Below are positions 57,424 to 64,000 of a DNA stretch of 64,000 nucleotides, one piece after another. Positions within the stretch are counted from its first letter, which is position 1. Every line of letters starts with the position of its first letter. The position numbers and the translations under genes are program-made. Below the pieces are notes generated by a model, which saw nothing but the letters and a program-made list of their open reading frames with translations, searched no databases and was not told the origin of the DNA. Source of the stretch: a virus. The stretch is taken from the IMG/VR virus record IMGVR_UViG_3300032240_001151, positions 26,113 through 90,112 of that record, one strand, 5' to 3'.

Positions 57424-59505
57424 ATGAAAATAATAAATGTCACTCCAGGATTAATACCAATACCTCCTAATGGTTGGGGAGCTGTGGAGAAAATAATATG
57501 GGAGACGCACAATGCTTTATTAGAGTTAGGTCATGATTCTCAAATACTGTATTTAGATGATGTAAAAGATTATGACGTAGTTCATATTCATGTAGCTAAT
57601 CTAGCAAACATAGCTCACGAAAGAGGCATTTCATATTATTTTACAATGCATGATCATCATGCTTTTTTATATGGTAAAGAGTCAGAAGTTTTTAAAGAAA
57701 ACATGACTGCAATCAAAAATGCTAAAAAAGCATTCGTCCCTGCTAAATTTTTGGTTGGTTATTTTGGAAATATACCGGAGTATTTTTCTCATGGAGTTAA
57801 CACAGAATACTTCACTCCTAGTAAAACAGAGAATCCAAAAATATTGTGCGTAGCAAATAATGGATTTATACATGATCAATCAGAGGACAGGAAGGGATTT
57901 GGATACGCTATAGAGGCTGCTAAGAGGCTAAACTATCCAATAACTATAGCTGGACCTATTAATAACAAAAAGTACTTTGAAAAGTATCCATCTGACTATA
58001 ATAACCTTACTATTTTGTATGACCTTACAGAAGATCAGTTGAGAGATTTATACAAAGATCACAGCTGCTTTTTGCATCTATCTACTTTAGAAGCAGGACA
58101 TCCAAATTTAACTATATTAGAGGCTATGGCATCAGGATTACCGGTAATAGGTACTTATGAAGATGGCAATAGTCTAGAAGGTTTGATAAGAGTTAATAGA
58201 AATACAGATGAAACTGTAGAAGCACTAAGTAAAGTATTTCATAATCCTATTGAGTACTTGCATTATTCTAAAGCAGCACGAAAACAAGCCATGCAGCTAT
58301 CATGGAAAAATAGAACAAAAGAACTTATAAAATATTACACAATGAGTTTTAAAGAACAATTAATAAAAAGTTATAACAACACCAATATTTTGGGAATAAA
58401 ATCTAAACCTACTATCCCTTCTTTTAATATAAATTTTATAGGAGGGGCGTTTTTTGAAATTATAGGAGGGCCTGATAGGGAATATGATGTACAATTTATA
58501 GATAAAAAAACAAAAAAAATACATCATAAAGGACGTATCAAAAAAGATCATTGGATAAAAGCATCTATTTCTTATTGTGTAGATTGGGATATATTTGTAG
58601 ACGATGGTATAGATTCTTATGAGTTCCATACTGACTATTTGGGAAAGAGAGTTTATATAGCTTTAGATTCTAAAGCCTTGGGAGATACTCTTGCGTGGTT
58701 TCCTTACGTAGAAGAATTTAGACGTAAACATAATTGTAAAGTTGTATGTTCTACTTTTTGGAACCATTTTTTTGAATCAGAATATCCGGAAATTGAATTT
58801 GTAAAACCTGGTGACGTAGTACATAATTTATATGCTATGTATACAATAGGGTGGTTTTATGATAGTGATGGATCGTTTGATCTTAAAAAGACTCCAGGAG
58901 ATTTTAGGAATCAGTCTCTTCAAAAGACCGCTTCAGACATCTTAGGTCTTGATTTTGTACCAATTAAGCCAAAGATAAAGAAACCTGTACCTGGTTTAAA
59001 AGAAAAAAAAGTAGTGATTGCAATGCACTCTACAGCACAGTGTAAGTACTGGAACAATCCTGATGGTTGGCAGGGATTAGTAGATTACCTATTAGATAGT
59101 GGTTATGAAGTTATTATGTCTTCTAAAGAAGAAGATGGGTATATGGGTAATAAATACCCTAAAGGAGTTACTTTATTAATGCATAATAGCATAGAATCAG
59201 TAATGCTTGAGATTTTAACAGCCGAAATGTTTATAGGTATTAGTAGTGGTCTTAGTTGGCTAGCCTGGGCTTTAGGAGCTAAAACGTGCCTTATCTCAGG
59301 AATTACATCACCAGAGTCAGATTTTGAACCTACTGTGAGAATAATCCCTAAAGAATCTGTTTGTAGGTTTTGTTTTAACAAAGAAAGGCTAGACGCAGGA
59401 GATTGGAACTGGTGTCCTAAGCACAAAGGGACTTCAAGACAGTTTGAATGTACTAAAACTATTACAAGTGTAGATGTAATACAAAAAATATCTAAATACA
59501 TCTAA
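57424..59505 (+). CDS. GT4 domain fused to autotransporter O-heptosyltransferase (TibC/AAH-type) domain
   Basis: IPPNGWGAVEK, EAGHPNLTILEAMASGLPV; then SKALGDTLAWFPY..EFRRKH.C, KYWNNPDGW, FIGISSGLSWLAWA, CRFC...WCPKHKGTSRQFECTK. Confidence 0.85.
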   Translation: MKIINVTPGLIPIPPNGWGAVEKIIWETHNALLELGHDSQILYLDDVKDYDVVHIHVANLANIAHERGISYYFTMHDHHAFLYGKESEVFKENMTAIKNAKKAFVPAKFLVGYFGNIPEYFSHGVNTEYFTPSKTENPKILCVANNGFIHDQSEDRKGFGYAIEAAKRLNYPITIAGPINNKKYFEKYPSDYNNLTILYDLTEDQLRDLYKDHSCFLHLSTLEAGHPNLTILEAMASGLPVIGTYEDGNSLEGLIRVNRNTDETVEALSKVFHNPIEYLHYSKAARKQAMQLSWKNRTKELIKYYTMSFKEQLIKSYNNTNILGIKSKPTIPSFNINFIGGAFFEIIGGPDREYDVQFIDKKTKKIHHKGRIKKDHWIKASISYCVDWDIFVDDGIDSYEFHTDYLGKRVYIALDSKALGDTLAWFPYVEEFRRKHNCKVVCSTFWNHFFESEYPEIEFVKPGDVVHNLYAMYTIGWFYDSDGSFDLKKTPGDFRNQSLQKTASDILGLDFVPIKPKIKKPVPGLKEKKVVIAMHSTAQCKYWNNPDGWQGLVDYLLDSGYEVIMSSKEEDGYMGNKYPKGVTLLMHNSIESVMLEILTAEMFIGISSGLSWLAWALGAKTCLISGITSPESDFEPTVRIIPKESVCRFCFNKERLDAGDWNWCPKHKGTSRQFECTKTITSVDVIQKISKYI

Positions 59506-59535
59506 ATAATACCTAAGATATGTGAGTTTTAGTTA

Positions 59536-59543
59536 TATTTATA
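59536..59543 (+). promoter_or_regulatory. Putative late promoter TATTTATA
   Basis: Intergenic, before 59600. Confidence 0.55.
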
Positions 59544-59546
59544 TAA

Positions 59547-59583
59547 GCCTATATAGGCCAGCGAAAGCTGCGTGTAAATACAC
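59547..59583 (+). other. Three tandem hairpins in the 5' leader of the fibre gene
   Basis: GCC-tatata-GGC, CAGC-gaaa-GCTG, GTG-taaata-CAC; GC-rich in an AT-rich background. Confidence 0.6.
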
Positions 59584-59599
59584 TTAGAGACTCATAGAT

Positions 59600-62500
59600 A
59601 TGGCCCAAATACTCAAACTCCGCAGGAGCGCTATACCTGGCGCTAAACCTACAATTTCTCAAATTGAATTTGGGGAAGTAGCTATGAACACAGCTGATGG
59701 AAAGCTGTTCATGAAAGTTAGTGGTAGCGGTGGGGACAGTGTAATAGAGATAGGTGCAAACTCAGCAACCGGCAACGTATCAGGGTCGATATATTACATA
59801 CCAGTATTTACAGGTCCTAATTCAGTAGGCACAAGTTCAATATACCAATCTGGGTCTTTCACATCAATAAGAAATGCCACAGCACCACAAGATCCAAACA
59901 ATCCGGATATATTATATGTAAATGGGGATGGTGTTGATACATATAACCTTATATCTGCGCATGGTAATTTAAATGATTTTGTACAAATAAATGTACAAAA
60001 CTATAATTCTGGGGTATCTTCTTCATCAGATATAGTAGCAACTTCTGATATAGGAACAGAAACTAGCTCTTATGTAAACTTAGGTATAAACTCTAGCAAT
60101 TATAATATTGTTGGATCCGTAGGTGGTGCTCTAGATGCCTACTTATATGCCAGTGATAGCAATTTATTGATAGGTAGTACCGCTACAGATAAAAAAGTAA
60201 TAATATTTACAGGAGGACAAAATGCTCTTGAAAATGCAAGAGTGTATATAGATCCAGGAGGTACAGTAGGTATAAACACGTCCACTATCACTAGTGGTAA
60301 TCCTGAGTCTTTGTATATAGAAGCTATTAATAATCTTACATATAATTTAATTACAGCTAAATCTAATGTAAATAGTTATAGCCAGATTAATATTCAAAAT
60401 AGAAGTGATGGACCAAATGCATCATCTGATTTTGTAGCTACGGCAGATACTGGAGACGAGAATCAAAGGTATATAGACATGGGTATAAACTCTTCTGGGT
60501 ACTCCGCAGGTTCTTATATAGGCGGATCCTTAGATGCATACCTATATTCTAATTCTGAGAATTTATATATTGGTAATGCTGCTACTGGAAAAGAGATTAT
60601 AATATTCAATGGAGGGTATAATACCGAAACAAATGCTAGAATTTGGATACATGATCAAGGCACAATAGGCATAAATACAGAAGTATACAATTATACAAAT
60701 CCACCATCTCTTCAAATACAAGCTGCTAATAATAGCACCTATAATTTAGTACAAATAAAAGGAGATGTTAATAACTACTCTCAGGTAGCGATTACAAATG
60801 CTAGTCCTGGGAATATGGCATCTTCTGACTTAGCATTGTATAATAACGTAGACTCTGATAATCAATTATCTGGTTACATAGATTTAGGTATAAACTCCAC
60901 TAACTATGTACCAAATCCAGATTATCCTGGATATGGAGGACATGCTTATCTTTTTACTGATTCTAATAATTTAATAATAGGGTCTATAGCTGATACTGCA
61001 TCTTTAAGTTTTTTTGTAGGAAGTAAAAATCAAGACACCGGAAGCAAACTATCATTAAATTCTAATAACCAGCATACAATGACTGGTTCATTAGATATAT
61101 CTGGATCTTTATATATAGCATCTAGTTTAGGAATTACTGCATTTTCGTCTAACATAGATACTTTATTATTAACGGGTTCTGCTATTATAACTGGATCTTT
61201 AATTGTTACTGGTAGTGTAAATGTTGAAGGCGGTATAACTGGGTCTTTATATGGAACAGCAAGCTGGGCAGAAAATGTTAGAACTGCATCTTATTCTAAC
61301 ACCTCTATTAGCGCCTCATACTCAGAAACAGCATCATCAGCAGATAATTTTACTGTAAGAGGAACTCTAACTGCTCAAACTCTTATAGTTCAAACTATAA
61401 CATCTTCAATTGAATATGTTACCGGATCTACTCACTTTGGGACTGTTATTCAAAATACTCACGAATTTACTGGATCCGTAGCAATATCGGGATCTTTAAC
61501 AATAAACGGTATTCCATACACTTCTGCTACCTCAGGCACATCAGGTACAAGTGGCATATCTGGTTCAACCGGATCTAGCGGTACGTCTGGAACTTCTGGA
61601 AGTACTGGAACATCAGGTACTTCTGGATCAAGCGGTTCATCTGGAACTTCTGGACAAACAGGTAGCTCCGGTACGTCTGGTACAAGTGGCTCATCTGGAA
61701 TATCAGGATCAAGCGGATCATCTGGTTCAACAGGTAGCAGTGGTTCGACAGGTACTTCAGGAACATCTGGAAGTTCAGGTATTAATGGAACTAGCGGCTC
61801 TACTGGTACATCCGGGTCCTCTGGATCATCTGGTTCTACAGGAACTTCAGGCAGTAGTGGATCAACAGGCACCTCTGGAACTAGCGGTTCAACTGGTAGT
61901 TCTGGCTCAACAGGAAGCTCTGGTAGCAGCGGAAGTTCTGGCTCAACAGGTAGTTCAGGCACATCTGGAAGCACAGGATCTTCTGGTACCTCAGGAACCA
62001 GCGGTAGTTCTGGAACATCAGGTTCTACTGGTAGTAGCGGATCTACTGGTACATCAGGTACTAGCGGTACATCTGGTTCTACAGGAACTTCAGGTACTAG
62101 CGGTACATCTGGTTCATCAGGAACAGGATTTAATACAATTAATAGCCCAGCTATCGGTAGAGTGCTAATATCTGATAATAGCAATAACGCAGCAACTGCC
62201 TCAGCAGTAATAACTGTTAATGGAGGAGTAAATATATCAGGAAGCACTGTTGTTACTGGATCATTAACAGTATCTAATACTATAACAGCTCAAACCCTTA
62301 TAGTTCAAACTATAACTTCTTCAGTTGAATTTGTAACAGGATCTACTCACTTTGGAACTATAGTAACTAATACACATGAGTTTACTGGATCCTTATCTAT
62401 ATCTGGTTCTCTTACAATAAATGGTACGTCTTATACAGCTGCTACTTCTGGAACATCAGGTACTTCTGGATCATCAGGAACTAGAGGTTCTTCTGGATCA

Positions 62501-64000
62501 AGCGGTTCATCTGGAAGCACAGGTTCTTCTGGCTCTACTGGTAGTTCTGGCTCATCTGGTTCTACAGGTACATCTGGTTCTTCTGGAACTAGCGGTTCTA
62601 CGGGAACAAGTGGATCTTCAGGATCAACTGGTACTAGTGGTACATCCGGTTCCACGGGAACTTCAGGTAGTACAGGAACCAGTGGTTCAAGTGGAAGTAC
62701 TGGTACAAGCGGAAGCTCAGGAACAAGTGGATCAAGCGGGTCTAGTGGAAGTACCGGTACATCAGGTTCTAGTGGTAGTACAGGAAGTAGTGGCTCATCA
62801 GGATCTACTGGTAGCTCAGGTAGCACTGGCACCTCAGGTTCAACAGGAACGTCAGGTAGTAGTGGTTCTACTGGTACAAGTGGTAGTACAGGATCGTCTG
62901 GCTCTAGTGGTAGTTCTGGTTCTTCTGGCAGCACTGGTACAAGTGGGACATCTGGCTCATCCGGCACTTCTGGAAGTACAGGAACATCAGGTAGTAGTGG
63001 GACAGGATTTAACACTATAAGTAACCCAGCACTAGGTAGAGTATTAGTGTCTGATGGAACAACAAATGCAGCTACAGCGTCAGCTACATTAATTGTAAAC
63101 AATGAAAATGTTGTTATTACAGGAAGTTTAATCACTAGTGGATCTAACAAATTAATAGGAAATACACAATTAACAGGTTCATTGTCAATTTCTGGATCTA
63201 CAACTCAAATAGGAAGTAATACTTTAATTGGAAACACTGTATTATCAGGTAGTCTTATAATATCAGGGTCTCAAGGTACAACAATACCAAATATTCAAAT
63301 TTATGGTGATGTAAATCAAACAGGCTATACTAGATATTTACCAATATCATCAACTATAGATACTACAGTATCCGCCTCTTATATTTTTGTAAGTGGATCT
63401 ACAGGTGATTTGTATTTTTCTCAAAATGGTGCTGGATATTCTAACCTTGTTCGTTTACGTTGGTTAGAAGGAAATTTATATACCGGTTTATTAGGAGGAG
63501 GTGTCCTAAGTTCAACACTAGGATCAACAACATTTAACTTATCCTCAGGTTCAGGCATTATAGTAACATTAAATGCTAGTACAGGAAGTGCTGACCCATA
63601 TCCAACAGTACAATATATTACTTGGCCTAATTTTACAAATGTACCCATTACCAATTCAGGTTCAGCTAAAATTACGTACGTTAGCATAACATTAGCCGGA
63701 GCTATTAATCAACAAATAGTCCCTATTGGTTCATCAGATATTAATCAATGGGATACTCAAGTTGAAATAGGTGTTGTATTACATTTGTCTGGTAGTGTAT
63801 CTACCGGTGTTTATAATGCACCTCAATTAGCATACGGGTTTGCTCAAAGAACAGATGACTTTTTAAGAGCTTTTGGGCCATTAAAAATATCAGGCCATAC
63901 ATTACAAGCTAGTGGTAGTTCACCAACATTAAGTATTAAAAAATCAAGCGGTACTGCTTACAATAATGGATCTAACTATGTTAATAATCCAAATCATCCA
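59600..64000 (+). CDS. Long tail fibre protein (at least 1467 aa, runs off window; absent from ORF track)
   Basis: MAQILKLRRSAIPGAKPTISQIEFGEVAMNTADGKLF is a gp34-like fibre N-terminus; frame spot-checked at several points to 64000; three 133-aa repeats and two Gly-Ser/Thr tracts. Confidence 0.85.
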   Translation, partial: MAQILKLRRSAIPGAKPTISQIEFGEVAMNTADGKLFMKVSGSGGDSVIEIGANSATGNVSGSIYYIPVFTGPNSVGTSSIYQSGSFTSIRNATAPQDPNNPDILYVNGDGVDTYNLISAHGNLNDFVQINVQNYNSGVSSSSDIVATSDIGTETSSYVNLGINSSNYNIVGSVGGALDAYLYASDSNLLIGSTATDKKVIIFTGGQNALENARVYIDPGGTVGINTSTITSGNPESLYIEAINNLTYNLITAKSNVNSYSQINIQNRSDGPNASSDFVATADTGDENQRYIDMGINSSGYSAGSYIGGSLDAYLYSNSENLYIGNAATGKEIIIFNGGYNTETNARIWIHDQGTIGINTEVYNYTNPPSLQIQAANNSTYNLVQIKGDVNNYSQVAITNASPGNMASSDLALYNNVDSDNQLSGYIDLGINSTNYVPNPDYPGYGGHAYLFTDSNNLIIGSIADTASLSFFVGSKNQDTGSKLSLNSNNQHTMTGSLDISGSLYIASSLGITAFSSNIDTLLLTGSAIITGSLIVTGSVNVEGGITGSLYGTASWAENVRTASYSNTSISASYSETASSADNFTVRGTLTAQTLIVQTITSSIEYVTGSTHFGTVIQNTHEFTGSVAISGSLTINGIPYTSATSGTSGTSGISGSTGSSGTSGTSGSTGTSGTSGSSGSSGTSGQTGSSGTSGTSGSSGISGSSGSSGSTGSSGSTGTSGTSGSSGINGTSGSTGTSGSSGSSGSTGTSGSSGSTGTSGTSGSTGSSGSTGSSGSSGSSGSTGSSGTSGSTGSSGTSGTSGSSGTSGSTGSSGSTGTSGTSGTSGSTGTSGTSGTSGSSGTGFNTINSPAIGRVLISDNSNNAATASAVITVNGGVNISGSTVVTGSLTVSNTITAQTLIVQTITSSVEFVTGSTHFGTIVTNTHEFTGSLSISGSLTINGTSYTAATSGTSGTSGSSGTRGSSGSSGSSGSTGSSGSTGSSGSSGSTGTSGSSGTSGSTGTSGSSGSTGTSGTSGSTGTSGSTGTSGSSGSTGTSGSSGTSGSSGSSGSTGTSGSSGSTGSSGSSGSTGSSGSTGTSGSTGTSGSSGSTGTSGSTGSSGSSGSSGSSGSTGTSGTSGSSGTSGSTGTSGSSGTGFNTISNPALGRVLVSDGTTNAATASATLIVNNENVVITGSLITSGSNKLIGNTQLTGSLSISGSTTQIGSNTLIGNTVLSGSLIISGSQGTTIPNIQIYGDVNQTGYTRYLPISSTIDTTVSASYIFVSGSTGDLYFSQNGAGYSNLVRLRWLEGNLYTGLLGGGVLSSTLGSTTFNLSSGSGIIVTLNASTGSADPYPTVQYITWPNFTNVPITNSGSAKITYVSITLAGAINQQIVPIGSSDINQWDTQVEIGVVLHLSGSVSTGVYNAPQLAYGFAQRTDDFLRAFGPLKISGHTLQASGSSPTLSIKKSSGTAYNNGSNYVNNPNHP
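61525..63002 (+). repeat. Two Gly-X-Y (Ser/Thr) coding tracts (~61525-62125, 62443-63002)
   Basis: Same GSS/GTS/GST triplets as the 49357 fibre. Confidence 0.9.

Noticed and set aside
59521-59599. tRNA gene
   Set aside because: Hairpins are too short, with no T-loop consensus or acceptor stem; no tRNA or rRNA recognised anywhere in the window
10868-63002. Tandem repeats as CRISPR arrays
   Set aside because: Repeats are in-frame, codon-degenerate and lack unique spacers; no cas genes
49482-63150. Long minus-strand PEVP/PDVP ORFs and alternative-frame VLQVH ORFs
   Set aside because: Shadow frames of the Gly-Ser/Thr repeat coding sequence, which lacks stops in other frames
49357-64000. Diversity-generating retroelement acting on fibres
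   Set aside because: No reverse transcriptase in the window; repeated modules differ at all bases, not only adenines, and all are coding
1-64000. Stop-codon reassignment as in some large Bacteroidota phages
   Set aside because: Genes are full length in the standard code, and TAA, TAG and TGA all end genes at sensible boundaries

Overview
AT-rich, gene-dense segment of a large T4-like (myovirus-type) phage genome. All credible genes are on the + strand and use the standard genetic code. The host is probably Bacteroidota, based on TAnnTTTG promoters, A-rich starts without Shine-Dalgarno motifs and a Gln-rule signal peptide. The window runs from baseplate genes and a GH19 endolysin, through a first glycosylation island (GT60, GT4-like, GT25, GT11, FkbM, Glf) flanked by Thr/Pro mucin-like proteins. 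Next come a GIY-YIG nuclease, primase, putative internal head proteins and lysis-like genes. The head/neck module follows (terminase, portal, prohead protease, scaffold, major capsid, PhoH, gp13/14/15-like). The window ends with Gly-Ser/Thr repeat fibres and a second glycosylation island that includes a GT4/TibC-AAH-type heptosyltransferase fusion. The main candidate for an undescribed system is virion-wide protein O-glycosylation. Both enzyme islands carry the same host-type promoter, and there are three candidate substrate classes: Thr-Pro tracts, Gly-Ser/Thr tracts, and a short [S/T]-G-S motif enriched in exterior virion proteins, including the capsid. Two structural genes also appear to be split mid-domain by inserted modules. 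All family calls come from motif recognition by eye, not from database searches.
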